From an uncultured virus (IMG/VR IMGVR_UViG_3300008339_009519) (taxonomy: Duplodnaviria > Heunggongvirae > Uroviricota > Caudoviricetes), in IMG/VR virus record IMGVR_UViG_3300008339_009519, positions 62,001-123,369 of that record: a DNA stretch of 61,369 nt, one strand, 5' to 3'. The translations under genes and the position numbers were made by a program. Each line of letters starts with the position of its first letter. Within the stretch, counting starts at the first letter, position 1. Under the pieces are notes generated by a model, which searched no databases, was not told the DNA's origin, and worked only from the letters and a program-made list of their open reading frames with translations. Shown here in pieces: positions 35,400 to 45,093 of the stretch.

Positions 35400-36288
35400 A
35401 TTGACGCAGTCTTCTGTCCGGCATTGGGTCATCTTGCACTATTGGTTTTTTGCCTGGACCATAAAGCTCTTTGTCTGACAAATAAATTAGTTGACCAGTT
35501 TGTGGATCGAGTGTTTTTCCTGAAGTTGCAACTCTTCTGTTTGGAAGTCCTTTTGGTTGCACCCCTCTCATTGATACTTTCTTTGCAAGGACCTCTCTTC
35601 TCAAAGAAGCGGCTATTTGGCACCAAGTTGTTGCATTTGATCTAGTAGCAACTGCTCTTGGTGCAGATCTGTTTGTAATTTCTAAATCTGCCAACTTTAA
35701 TGAAAGTTCATCATCTCCACCAAAGCCATATGTTCTACTTAACTCACAAGCTGCTGCTGCTTTAATGTACTCAAGTATAATAAATGGTAGCGTAGATCCA
35801 TCCTCATCACCTTTTAGCCCATATATTTCTTTTATTTCTAAAGAGTATCTATAAATCATTTCTCCGATTTCAATTAAAGAAGCGTCTGGAAAAATGGCAA
35901 CAAGCTCTTCTGGATCAAGATAGAGTGGCGATAAATCAGGAGCAAATATAATAGTTTCATCTGCTCTTAGAGTTACCGTTGGCTCATAGTCAGTAGTAGA
36001 ACTATTCGCATACAATGTTAATTTGGAAACTATACTGTTCCCTGAAGATGTGGTGCCAGTAAATGTTACTGTGTATGTGTCAGCCTCTGTTGGAGTAAAG
36101 TCATAATAATATTCAGAACCAGACAAAAGAGTCGCTGATGTATTAATTACTATTTCAGCGTCTGAATTTTTTATTAAAACCTGAACACTGACTATCTCTG
36201 CTTCTACTTGTACGCCACCGTCACCTTGGTCAAGAAATTTGACTTTTAGTCTGACGCTATCATTAACCAAAACGTTGCTAACGGACAT
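35392..36288 (-). CDS. Neck/head-tail adaptor-like protein with N-terminal Ig-like domain
   Basis: Ig-like GSEYYYDFTPTEADTYTVTF; adaptor-like LEYIKAAAACEL..SLKLADLEI. Confidence 0.5.
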   Translation of the reverse strand: MSVSNVLVNDSVRLKVKFLDQGDGGVQVEAEIVSVQVLIKNSDAEIVINTSATLLSGSEYYYDFTPTEADTYTVTFTGTTSSGNSIVSKLTLYANSSTTDYEPTVTLRADETIIFAPDLSPLYLDPEELVAIFPDASLIEIGEMIYRYSLEIKEIYGLKGDEDGSTLPFIILEYIKAAAACELSRTYGFGGDDELSLKLADLEITNRSAPRAVATRSNATTWCQIAASLRREVLAKKVSMRGVQPKGLPNRRVATSGKTLDPQTGQLIYLSDKELYGPGKKPIVQDDPMPDRRLRQYD

Positions 36289-36332
36289 TTTATCTCCAAA
36301 ATTAAAGTAATTTACTCTTTATAGTAGCTGAT

Positions 36333-36617
36333 TTACGCCACTATAGTAATTTCAGCTGTGCCAGAAATTGCTATTACTGAGGCACTTGCTAAAGCTGTAA
36401 CCTGATCATCTAGTGCTTGGACTGTTATAATCCCATCTATTGAGGTATCTATACTCACAACTGCAATAGTTGTTAAATTAGAAAAGTCTTCATTAGTTGG
36501 ATAAAAAAAGGTTACATTATTTACGATTATTGGGCTAGATATACTTGGCGCGTTTATGACTAAAACGCCCGAATAGGTAACATTGCTATTGTAGGCTATT
36601 GGCTGGTTGTATATCAT
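36333..36617 (-). CDS. Small hypothetical beta-rich virion protein
   Basis: 94-aa ORF preceded by the ATTACTATA motif. Confidence 0.5.
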   Translation of the reverse strand: MIYNQPIAYNSNVTYSGVLVINAPSISSPIIVNNVTFFYPTNEDFSNLTTIAVVSIDTSIDGIITVQALDDQVTALASASVIAISGTAEITIVA

Positions 36618-36644
36618 TCTTTACCTTTAATAAACGTATATGTT

Positions 36645-36653
36645 TATAGTAAT
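36645..36653 (-). promoter_or_regulatory. Putative late promoter motif ATTACTATA
   Basis: Exact motif copy in the intergenic gap; further copies at 36342-36350 and a variant at 36320-36327. Confidence 0.55.
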
Positions 36654-36657
36654 AAAT

Positions 36658-37458
36658 TTAAAATTCTAACCCAGCATCTTTTCTTAGATTTGGCATCCAG
36701 ATTCTCCAGTCTCCGTTTTCTGTAATGCCTTCTGATGGTGTCCCATATAAAAAAGACCCAAGATAGGCTATTCTTAGGCCAGCAGTTACTGGAGCCACTT
36801 CATGAGTTCCTATAAAATTAGTAGGGTATATTACGGCTGATCCAGCTTTTGGCTTATAGGTATGTTTTGCGTGTTTATGCGTAATCTCTCCGCCCATAAA
36901 ATTATATCCGTTTAACTGATCTTCTGAGTCAACACAATCATTTAAGTAAATATTAACACTTACCTTACTATGTTTTGGGTACTCATTTTTTGGTTTTTCT
37001 CCAAACCTAAATGGGATCTGATCATCACAGTGTGGGCCTATTCCCTGACCATTTTCATATGTTGCGATATGACCCATACCTCTCCACCAGCAGACCGTTG
37101 AAGCGTCTGGATAATACTTACAGTATTCAACAAGTATTCTGTACATTAGATCTTCTAAGTCTGCTATAAATTGCTCTTGCTCCTTAGTTACTTGTCTTGT
37201 TAATGAATTATTCATTTTTAATAGTGGATCTATAAATCTATTTGGTGCCAAGCTGACCGCATCTGGATCAAATTTAAATCCAGTTTTATTAATCGCATAT
37301 CTTTTACCATCTTCAACAACATATGTAAAAGTTTTTTCTTCTTCTTCTCTCAACATCATTATGTAGTCAAATAAAAACTTTTGGTTAATATCAATAGCGT
37401 CTTCCACAACACAAAGACCGCTACCTACATCTTTCATTTTTAATTTAGTATCTAACAT
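36658..37458 (-). CDS. 2OG-Fe(II) oxygenase (prolyl 4-hydroxylase-like)
   Basis: PHCD..IYLND..GGEI..PKAGSAVIYP..THEVAPVTAGLR: HxD...H..R motif. Confidence 0.9.
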   Translation of the reverse strand: MLDTKLKMKDVGSGLCVVEDAIDINQKFLFDYIMMLREEEEKTFTYVVEDGKRYAINKTGFKFDPDAVSLAPNRFIDPLLKMNNSLTRQVTKEQEQFIADLEDLMYRILVEYCKYYPDASTVCWWRGMGHIATYENGQGIGPHCDDQIPFRFGEKPKNEYPKHSKVSVNIYLNDCVDSEDQLNGYNFMGGEITHKHAKHTYKPKAGSAVIYPTNFIGTHEVAPVTAGLRIAYLGSFLYGTPSEGITENGDWRIWMPNLRKDAGLEF

Positions 37459-38357
37459 TATTGACCATAGCTTGATTTTGTAATTCTATATTGTTCTGAA
37501 AACTCGTCATAACCCCTAGATAAAAGATGCTTTCTGTAGTCTTCTACAAGAGTTGGCATGTATACGTTTGTTGATGTCTGTGCTGCGACAGGATCAACAA
37601 GTGGATCAGCTACTGCTTCTTTAACTTCTATATTTGGAGTTCCGTGACTATACCATCCAAGATAAGAGTATCTCATTCCACCTTCAACTGGCTTGACCTC
37701 ATGCCCAGCAGTGTACGAGGCTGGAAAAAATAAAATATCTCCCTTTTTAGGGATATGAGTAATGTCTAAATAATTGAAATAATGATGACCACCCATGAAA
37801 TTCTTTCCATCTAATTTGTCTTCTGAGTCAACACAATCATTAAAATATATAAGAGCTGTTACTGTACTTCTCATCGCAAGTTGATCATTTGGAGTCCAAA
37901 CTCCATATATGTAATCAGTGCTAATATCTGAGTGTGGACCTAAATAAGCGCCTTTTTTGTAGGCAACGATGTGACCTTTTACCTTCCACCATATACATTT
38001 GAATGCTAGCGGATAAAATTCTAAATATTTAAATAAGTATTTATCTCTTGACTGTTCAAGTCCATTAAGAAAATTAACAACGTCTTCTCTAGGATCTTGG
38101 TGTGCCGCAGAACCTCTTCCTGGCATGATGTCAATTGATTCTTTACCAAAGAAGTATCCACTTCTATTTATATAGATTTCTTCTCCTGTTTCTGGGTCAA
38201 TTCCAGGCTTATACATTGCATTTCTTTCTCTTGTGACTATCTCTTCACAAAAATCAAATGCCTTATCACCATCAAAGCTAACAGCATTCTCGAAAAGAAC
38301 AACTCCGCCACCAAGATCTTTTCCTTCAATATCGTTGTTGATAACCAAATTATTCAC
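37458..38357 (-). CDS. 2OG-Fe(II) oxygenase
   Basis: PHSD..IYFND..PKKGDILFFP..GHEVKPVEGGMRY. Confidence 0.9.
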   Translation of the reverse strand: MNNLVINNDIEGKDLGGGVVLFENAVSFDGDKAFDFCEEIVTRERNAMYKPGIDPETGEEIYINRSGYFFGKESIDIMPGRGSAAHQDPREDVVNFLNGLEQSRDKYLFKYLEFYPLAFKCIWWKVKGHIVAYKKGAYLGPHSDISTDYIYGVWTPNDQLAMRSTVTALIYFNDCVDSEDKLDGKNFMGGHHYFNYLDITHIPKKGDILFFPASYTAGHEVKPVEGGMRYSYLGWYSHGTPNIEVKEAVADPLVDPVAAQTSTNVYMPTLVEDYRKHLLSRGYDEFSEQYRITKSSYGQ

Positions 38358-39267
38358 CCATTAACTCCTTAACAGTATTAGAACTATTATACATTCTAGT
38401 TGTTGGTTTTAACAACTCATTTGCAGCCTTGCTATCTTCATCGTATTTACTTTTTATATATTCAACATAATCCTTTACTACATCTGGCATCCATACTTGA
38501 CCCTGTAAACCAGGCGGAATATCACCGTGAGTTATATTTATTCCTCTATCTGGGTGTGGAGAACCCTGGGAAAAGTACCCTATGTATGCGTATCTGCTGC
38601 CTTCATTGCATGGGTTGATTGCGTGAGAACCTAAATAATTAGACGGAAACATTAGTAAGTCGCCTGATTTTGGTTTATATACAACATCTGCATATGGAAA
38701 AAAAATTTCCCCATTTAAGTATTCATACTTATTTATTTCATCTTTAGATTCTACTGAAGAATTTAAATATATAATTGATCCAACAACACTTCTTGTGGCT
38801 ACCTGCCAATCAGGTTCAAATCCTGGCTGGTAATTGACATCATTATCGCTGTGGAGTCCCATAGCACTGCCTGGGCCATAAGCCAAAATATGGCCCTGCG
38901 TTCTCCACCACAGGCTTGGAAGCAACATAGGAAATAGTTCTACATACCTAAGTAAGTTGCTGTAGAATGTTTTTTCGCACTGAGCAAAGAAGTTTATTAA
39001 AAATGGATCACTATCCTTATTTAGGAAATCCATTATATGGCTAGAGCTATTGTATATAGACTCTAAAGTATACCTATGACCACTTCTGTTAATCGCATAC
39101 AGTGGATTTTTATTTTCATCATAGATGATTTTATAATCATCTTTTATTGCTTTTTCCTTTAAAGATGCAATAAATGGTATTATTTTATCCTCATCAACAT
39201 CAATAGCATTTTTGAAAAGTACTATCCCCATCCCAAGATGTTGTGGTTTAATCTCTTTCGTGCCCAT
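38350..39267 (-). CDS. 2OG-Fe(II) oxygenase
   Basis: LHSD..IYLN..PKSGDLLMFPSNYLGSH..GSRY; start placed at MGTKE, just after the upstream stop. Confidence 0.9.
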   Translation of the reverse strand: MGTKEIKPQHLGMGIVLFKNAIDVDEDKIIPFIASLKEKAIKDDYKIIYDENKNPLYAINRSGHRYTLESIYNSSSHIMDFLNKDSDPFLINFFAQCEKTFYSNLLRYVELFPMLLPSLWWRTQGHILAYGPGSAMGLHSDNDVNYQPGFEPDWQVATRSVVGSIIYLNSSVESKDEINKYEYLNGEIFFPYADVVYKPKSGDLLMFPSNYLGSHAINPCNEGSRYAYIGYFSQGSPHPDRGINITHGDIPPGLQGQVWMPDVVKDYVEYIKSKYDEDSKAANELLKPTTRMYNSSNTVKELMGE

Positions 39268-39269
39268 AG

Positions 39270-40364
39270 CTAAACTCTTACTGGGTCTGTTCCGCATGGG
39301 CCTTCTGGTAAATCTTCTGAGCCAGAAGCAGTTGCCTCTTCTTTAACCTCTACCGCTTCGTGGGTAGTGTTATACTGTGCTACATTTCGCCCTTGGTAAA
39401 CTGGGTTCCAGCCAATTTCAACATTGTATTTTTCTGGATTAGAATATATAGAGTATGGTGACTTGCAGTAACGTTCATAGTCATCATAGATATTGTTAAG
39501 CCATACTGCTGGGCACCATTCAAAGCTTCGGTCTGGTTCTGATATGACAATTCCAGCAGAGATATCATCTGCGCCTTGTCCAAAGAAGGACAAATAGCTA
39601 TATCTTACTCCTTTGCCCATTCTTTCAACATCGTGGGCTGCAACAAAATTTGTTGGAAAAAATATAATATCTCCTTTTTTAGGGCTATAAGATATTCCTA
39701 AATGAACAAATCTTAAATGGCCTCCTGTGAAGTTTCTGCCATTTAACTCTTCTTCTGAGTCAACGCAGTCATTTAGATAAATAAGTGAACCACAAGTCTG
39801 TCTTGATGCAACCATGCCTCTTGGCATATATCGAACACCGTTAGTTACTTTATAATTTGTATCATTATCAGCATGGCACCCTAAGATGCCACCATTACCG
39901 TATCTAAGAACATGGCCTCTATTCTTCCACCAAATACTGCCCAACATTAATGGATAATGATCTATATATTTAAGTAGACATTTATAATTTTGTTCTTCTA
40001 GATAAAGAAAAAAATCTTTTACTTCTTGTGGAGTTTCATCAGTTACTGGATGCAGAAGCCTTACTGGAGTTGAGGGGATATCCTCTAACCTATATCTAAA
40101 TCCATCTTCATTTATGCCATACTCATTTCCATCTTCTGCGGTAATATAAGCCCATCTATTTTCGTGTGCTTTCTCTGCTTTAGAATCAATATAATCTAAA
40201 ATAACTTGCTGATTTATATTAAAAGCGTTTCTAAAAACAATTACACCTGGTCCTAGAACTTCTACTTGGAGTTCGCCAATCTCTTCGATTATACTATCAT
40301 CAATATCTGGGGTAACTGGGAAGGCCACACTATTGATATATTTATCCACTGGGTTATTTTCCAT
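39270..40364 (-). CDS. 2OG-Fe(II) oxygenase
   Basis: CHAD..IYLND..PKKGDIIFFPTNFVAAHDV..GVRY. Confidence 0.9.
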   Translation of the reverse strand: MENNPVDKYINSVAFPVTPDIDDSIIEEIGELQVEVLGPGVIVFRNAFNINQQVILDYIDSKAEKAHENRWAYITAEDGNEYGINEDGFRYRLEDIPSTPVRLLHPVTDETPQEVKDFFLYLEEQNYKCLLKYIDHYPLMLGSIWWKNRGHVLRYGNGGILGCHADNDTNYKVTNGVRYMPRGMVASRQTCGSLIYLNDCVDSEEELNGRNFTGGHLRFVHLGISYSPKKGDIIFFPTNFVAAHDVERMGKGVRYSYLSFFGQGADDISAGIVISEPDRSFEWCPAVWLNNIYDDYERYCKSPYSIYSNPEKYNVEIGWNPVYQGRNVAQYNTTHEAVEVKEEATASGSEDLPEGPCGTDPVRV

Positions 40365-40366
40365 GT

Positions 40367-40984
40367 TTACCCCAACATCTCGTCTATTGCTTCTCGTATT
40401 GTCCAGCCAGCACCCATAACTCTTGGTATTTCATCTAATGGCATGTCTTGCCAGTTAAATCTGGCAACCATAATACCATCTCTACTTACTAAAAATTTTT
40501 CATAACCATGAGAAATTCTAGCAATAGCTTGCCCGGCAAGGTTTTGGTTTTCTTTTGCTTTATTACTTTGATCTGCTGTAAAGTCAGAATAATTTCTTTT
40601 TTCATTGCCTTTAAGTGCGGCAAATAATGGGTGTTCATTTTTTCCATTGACATCAACTTTTTCAAAAAATGGAAAAGTAACAAATGGATAATGTTCTTTA
40701 ACAAAAGTCTTTATTTCTTCATTTGTTCCTGGTTCCATTTGTGCAAATTGATTGTTCGGAAAAGCTAGAACAGAAAATCCTCTATCTTTAAATTCATCGT
40801 GGACTTTTTGTAGTTGCCACAGTTGTCTACATGTTCTAGCATATGACCAGACTTTTGAGCACTTGGGTGTATATCCACCAGCTTTCGTGGATACGTTTAC
40901 TATAAGAGTTAACATCCCATCAAACTTTGATAAAAAGTTTTCTTCTCCATCTATGGAGTTAGCAGGTATTTTATATATTGACAT
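40367..40984 (-). CDS. Glutathione peroxidase-family protein, atypical active site
   Basis: LIVNVS..GFSVLAFPNNQF..QMEPGTNEEI..VTFPFFEKVDVNGKNEHPLF..YEKFLV; start placed at MSIYKI. Confidence 0.85.
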   Translation of the reverse strand: MSIYKIPANSIDGEENFLSKFDGMLTLIVNVSTKAGGYTPKCSKVWSYARTCRQLWQLQKVHDEFKDRGFSVLAFPNNQFAQMEPGTNEEIKTFVKEHYPFVTFPFFEKVDVNGKNEHPLFAALKGNEKRNYSDFTADQSNKAKENQNLAGQAIARISHGYEKFLVSRDGIMVARFNWQDMPLDEIPRVMGAGWTIREAIDEMLG

Positions 40985-41291
40985 TTTTTTCACCAGTAAT
41001 ATTAACTTCCATATATTCATCGATTTTTAAAACACCATGAAAGATGAATTCATTTATTTCAACTTCAGCGGCAATAGTCGCTTTTATTGGGGTGTCTACT
41101 GTCGCAGAAAGTTTAAGCTTGTTTCCATCTATTATGCCATTAGAGAATTCTACGGAACCATTTTCCCCAATTATTGTACCAGTCACAAATGGATCAGTTG
41201 AATCAAGGATTACATCTGCCTTAGATTCACCAAATGGTGTGATAACTTTTACAGACCATTTTCCAACCAAACTATCTCTTGTATTTAACAT
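40971..41291 (-). CDS. Hypothetical small beta-barrel protein
   Basis: LVGKWSVKVITPFGE..GTIIG..IDGNKL pattern; preceded by an extended -10 element. Confidence 0.55.
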   Translation of the reverse strand: MLNTRDSLVGKWSVKVITPFGESKADVILDSTDPFVTGTIIGENGSVEFSNGIIDGNKLKLSATVDTPIKATIAAEVEINEFIFHGVLKIDEYMEVNITGEKNVNI

Positions 41292-41297
41292 AATAAG

Positions 41298-41306
41298 ATT
41301 ATATCA
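41298..41306 (-). promoter_or_regulatory. Extended -10 (TGATATAAT) 6 nt before ATG, probable leaderless promoter
   Basis: Consensus TGn-TATAAT with no room for an RBS. Confidence 0.55.
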
Positions 41307-41310
41307 TAAA

Positions 41311-41988
41311 TTATTCGTAATAAAACTTCCCTGTAGACAAAGCCGTAGGAATACTGTCCTTATGCCAAACATTGATCACCATAACGCGACGGACTCCAGT
41401 TAAAGGGGGTGTAGTGTTATGAATTATATGACCTGCGTCAAAAATAATTAACCTATTTGGTTTACAGGCTATTCTTTCCCTAAGTTCAATCGGCACTATA
41501 AGTGGTTCTATATTCTCCATCTCTAGCGCATTATGTGTTTCTTCAGAAACTGCGGTTGGATGCAATTCCAAAAATCCACCTACAACTTCATTAAAATCTG
41601 GATAATAAACACAGCCTGTTTTAGGCCCTCTGAATATCTTGGTATCTGCATAAAGAAACGTATCTTCGTCAACGTGAGTTCCTAAATATTGACCTGGCTT
41701 AAAGGTTCTTGTCCAGTATTCAAAACCACATAATTCTTCAATAGGGAATGGAAGATTGTTTTCCCAAATTGCTTGAATAACTTTTTTTCTTGCTGTATTT
41801 GCAGGAGATTTATGCCAACCATCCCAAAACATGTAGGGTGCATAGCAGTCGGCCTGCTCACTATGATAGCTATTTAATTCAGAAGCTATTCGATCTTCAT
41901 TGCCCATTGAAATAGGAAAAAAATCTTTTGTGTTTTCTATTTCTTTTAGAAGATTTTTGTCTTTTATATAGTCATCAATGACTATCAT
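41311..41988 (-). CDS. 2OG-Fe(II) oxygenase
   Basis: FEYW..THVDED..GGFLEL..KPNRLIIFDAGHIIH..GVRRV. Confidence 0.85.
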   Translation of the reverse strand: MIVIDDYIKDKNLLKEIENTKDFFPISMGNEDRIASELNSYHSEQADCYAPYMFWDGWHKSPANTARKKVIQAIWENNLPFPIEELCGFEYWTRTFKPGQYLGTHVDEDTFLYADTKIFRGPKTGCVYYPDFNEVVGGFLELHPTAVSEETHNALEMENIEPLIVPIELRERIACKPNRLIIFDAGHIIHNTTPPLTGVRRVMVINVWHKDSIPTALSTGKFYYE

Positions 41989-41994
41989 ATAAGA

Positions 41995-42702
41995 TTAGTC
42001 CTTGATGATTACAGTATGCCCAGGCGCAGTTGGAATGTGATACACATTAAGACCTGATATTGATTTTACTATTTGGTGTAACTCATATGCTGGAGTATAT
42101 TCGCTATCAGAAGCGTAAACTCTTAAGTCATCATTTGTATGCGATACGACCATAGTGGCACCAGGATTTAATGCCTCACAGAAATTTTCTATAAGAGATA
42201 TATCATGGAAAATGTCAAACTCAGTTATAAAAATAAAATCAAATTTACCAAGGGTTCCACTTTCAACATCTTGCATTGATTTTGTTTGGTAATCCCAGGA
42301 AACGTTATCATCCGCCAAGCAGTGTTCTAAGTAATCTAATTGATAATTATTGATAAATGTAAGATCTGTTGTTGAATTCATTAATTTAGCGATAGTATAA
42401 TTAAACGCTGGATTACTCATCAGTGTTTTTGTGGGCTTTGCTGCCAAGAATAACATTTCTACATATGATGAAGTGTATTCTGAAACAAAACTATCATTCC
42501 AGACGGAGTCTTCTGCTGAAAAAACTTCAAAAAACCAAGTAACAAGATCTCTACCAATTGCTTCTCTTCTTTTATCTATTGGAAGAGTAGTGAGATAGTC
42601 ATTTACTTTTCTAGATACGTCAAGTGTGCCCTGAATTTCAAGCGCTTTGTATTTAACAAGTTTTTCTAATCTATCATAATAAAGTTTATCATTATTATTC
42701 AC
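41995..42702 (-). CDS. Divergent class I SAM methyltransferase-like protein
   Basis: GKFDFIFI..EALNPGATMVV resemble motifs II/III; the glycine-rich motif I is not evident. Confidence 0.45.
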   Translation of the reverse strand: MNNNDKLYYDRLEKLVKYKALEIQGTLDVSRKVNDYLTTLPIDKRREAIGRDLVTWFFEVFSAEDSVWNDSFVSEYTSSYVEMLFLAAKPTKTLMSNPAFNYTIAKLMNSTTDLTFINNYQLDYLEHCLADDNVSWDYQTKSMQDVESGTLGKFDFIFITEFDIFHDISLIENFCEALNPGATMVVSHTNDDLRVYASDSEYTPAYELHQIVKSISGLNVYHIPTAPGHTVIIKD

Positions 42703-43006
42703 GGTTTAAAGCTCCTATTGCTAGTTGACGCCAATACCAAAATCTTCTAATGTTTAGAATTAGGAACATTCTTTGATGCTTCAAGAAAACATCTTCTGGT
42801 GTGCCTGCAAAAATACTGTTTTGAGTTTCATTAATATAAAATGCGGATGAATTTTCCCTATCAACTTTTGATAAGCTTCTTGCTGCGGACAGCAACTCGT
42901 CAATTGTTACTGAATCTAATGATTCCGGATCTAACCCAACCATAAACATAAAGTATGCTAGTTGCTTTTCTATATAGCTTATATTTTCTTGAGCATTGAA
43001 CGCCAT
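42695..43006 (-). CDS. Small hypothetical protein (G-x-D-P paralogue family)
   Basis: ISYIEKQLAYFMFMVGLDPE. Confidence 0.6.
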   Translation of the reverse strand: MAFNAQENISYIEKQLAYFMFMVGLDPESLDSVTIDELLSAARSLSKVDRENSSAFYINETQNSIFAGTPEDVFLKHQRMFLILNIRRFWYWRQLAIGALNRE

Positions 43007-43019
43007 AAAAATCCTATTC

Positions 43020-43214
43020 CTATACTAAATCTTGGTCTTCTATGTGAAGACCGTTATCTGTCAGTAGCGCCACTGGTGAGGCAAGGCCTGCACATTGGAC
43101 AATCGCACCATCGTTAAACATAAAAGTACCATCATCCTTAGAATACACTGCATAATTGTTTTTTTCTTCTACTTGGGTGACGAATTCTTTTTCGTTTATA
43201 TTTGGATTTGACAT
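43020..43214 (-). CDS. Small hypothetical protein
   Basis: 64-aa ORF that fills the gap in the operon. Confidence 0.55.
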   Translation of the reverse strand: MSNPNINEKEFVTQVEEKNNYAVYSKDDGTFMFNDGAIVQCAGLASPVALLTDNGLHIEDQDLV

Positions 43215-43220
43215 ATTTTA

Positions 43221-43439
43221 TTAGCCTTTTAAGTTCTCAAGAACTGTAACTTGGTTAATTAACGATTCAAAAGCTAATTCTTGATTAGCGCCTACAATCT
43301 CAGCTGGTTTTTGCATAGATGAAGAAACATTATCTGGATCAATCCCCAAAAGAACAGCCAACATATATATTGATTTTTCTAAATATGAAATAGCTTTATT
43401 TTTTACAGAAAGCAATTCCGCTGAACTCACGTTTTGCAT
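43221..43439 (-). CDS. Small hypothetical protein (G-x-D-P paralogue family)
   Basis: ISYLEKSIYMLAVLLGIDPD; GGGAGAG RBS. Confidence 0.6.
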   Translation of the reverse strand: MQNVSSAELLSVKNKAISYLEKSIYMLAVLLGIDPDNVSSSMQKPAEIVGANQELAFESLINQVTVLENLKG

Positions 43440-43448
43440 GTCTCTCCC

Positions 43449-43700
43449 TTACGAAAGTTGTTGTATTTTTGCTTTTAGAGTGGTTAATTTTGTTAAATTA
43501 GCGCTAATGTCTCTCTTGATCGCAAAGTCTCTATCTTCTTCTGCAGAAGAGGATGAGTCAAAGACAAAGGTGCTTGGATTAAATGTTTCAGGGTCTTCTC
43601 CAAGTTGATGAATCAGTCTATACAAGTCGTCTTCAACGTTGCGGAGTGCTGTTTCTGCGCTCTTCTTTTTTTCTGAATTTGAAATTAATGAAAAATCCAT
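43449..43700 (-). CDS. Small hypothetical protein (G-x-D-P paralogue family)
   Basis: LRNVEDDLYRLIHQLGEDPE; GAGGAAG RBS; ATTACTATT upstream at 43733-43741. Confidence 0.6.
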   Translation of the reverse strand: MDFSLISNSEKKKSAETALRNVEDDLYRLIHQLGEDPETFNPSTFVFDSSSSAEEDRDFAIKRDISANLTKLTTLKAKIQQLS

Positions 43701-43763
43701 TCTTCCTCACTTTTTAGTTATAACGTTAGCTTAATAGTAATAAATATCTGTAAAATTTTATGT

Positions 43764-44468
43764 TTAAATTTTTGGATTTTCTAATTTTATTAAACCAGAA
43801 TTTGCTGGGCCTATTCTTTCGCCCTTTTCATTTAAGCCAGTTTTTATGCCCTTCATCCATGTCCAGGGCTCTTCTCTATTTTTTCTCATTTTTTCTTCGC
43901 CGTATGCTTGTCTGGCCTCCATGAGATCTGGCTTATCCCAAAGATTGTCTACCTCAAACTTAACCGATTCTAAAACATTACTTTTAAAGATATTAAAAAA
44001 CATAAATGGTGTTCCAGCAGAAAAAGTGACTGGCTCATTTATTTTAGTAATCATCCAATTCATTTGGAACTCATCTGGCCACCAACTTGAAGGAATTATA
44101 GCTGAAAGAGCAAAAGCTCCATCGATGTTATAGTTTGGTGGACCACTAATATATGTTTCATAACCATCTTCCGTACCAAAAGCCCAACCAACCGAAAATG
44201 AAACCATGCCTACTATTCCCCCATATGCTAACTGCCTATCTTTATAAAATTCTCCTTCTAGGATTTTTGGCACGGTGTTGCCGCCATCCCACTGCACAAC
44301 TACATCTTGTGGAAGAATTAGCTCCCACCCGCTGACATTAGCGGTTGTGACTGGGAGACATTGATAGGCGTGTTTTTTATAGGTATTATCCATCCAGTCT
44401 CTTTTAAGACGTGATTGGACTATTTCTGGTGGATTTTGATGAGTTTTTGTTAAAGTAACTTTAGTCAT
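43764..44468 (-). CDS. DUF6065-like protein
   Basis: RDWMD..HAYQCLPVTTANVSGWEL..GPPN..IIPSSWWP..FQMNW..F..GTPF. Confidence 0.75.
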   Translation of the reverse strand: MTKVTLTKTHQNPPEIVQSRLKRDWMDNTYKKHAYQCLPVTTANVSGWELILPQDVVVQWDGGNTVPKILEGEFYKDRQLAYGGIVGMVSFSVGWAFGTEDGYETYISGPPNYNIDGAFALSAIIPSSWWPDEFQMNWMITKINEPVTFSAGTPFMFFNIFKSNVLESVKFEVDNLWDKPDLMEARQAYGEEKMRKNREEPWTWMKGIKTGLNEKGERIGPANSGLIKLENPKI

Positions 44469-44471
44469 ACA

Positions 44472-45086
44472 TTAAACAAGTTCTTCTAAAAGAACCTCAA
44501 TAGCTGCTTTAATATTAATTAAAGACTGTTGCGAATTAGTTTTTCTATTTCCTGCGTCAAAAGCTAGATCAAGAAGATCTGAGTTACAAAATCTAAACAT
44601 TTTTTTTCCATCTCTAGAGATAATAAACTTTTCAAAGTTTCCTTGGACTGGACCACCGTTTGCTGGGAACCCACCATATTGAAGAATATCATAAAGCTTA
44701 TGTGGAGCTAATCCAGAATCTTCATCTTTTTTGATGGTAACCATTTCAGTATATGGCAAATCTGTTTTATAGTGATTCTGCATGTGTGCTCTCATATTTT
44801 CTGCTGTTGCACTTGTATCAGCAAATTCTCCATAGGCAAATTCGCAAAAGTCTGTGCTTGGTATTGCAAGTACTTCAAAACCCTGATCTTTATACTCATG
44901 ATATAAAGATTCAATAATTGGGTATTGGGCTGAATTAGCACACTCTCCTGTTACATTTGTAATCATTGTAACCTTACCCTTATATCTTGATAAAATATCT
45001 TTTTCTCCATTAATAGAATTGATAGATACGTCATATAAAGACTGTTCAAATGTTTGAAGCGTTGGTAGTTCGTTTTTCTCTAACAT
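44472..45086 (-). CDS. Glutathione peroxidase-family protein
   Basis: YKGKVTMITNVTGECANSAQY..YKDQGFEVLAIPS..GNFEKFIISRDGK. Confidence 0.8.
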   Translation of the reverse strand: MLEKNELPTLQTFEQSLYDVSINSINGEKDILSRYKGKVTMITNVTGECANSAQYPIIESLYHEYKDQGFEVLAIPSTDFCEFAYGEFADTSATAENMRAHMQNHYKTDLPYTEMVTIKKDEDSGLAPHKLYDILQYGGFPANGGPVQGNFEKFIISRDGKKMFRFCNSDLLDLAFDAGNRKTNSQQSLINIKAAIEVLLEELV

Positions 45087-45093
45087 GGGTGTC

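Noticed and set aside
40367..45086. Selenocysteine or stop-codon reassignment
   Set aside because: No in-frame TGA at the GPx active sites, and long ORFs are intact under the standard code. The breaks need a frame change, not readthrough.
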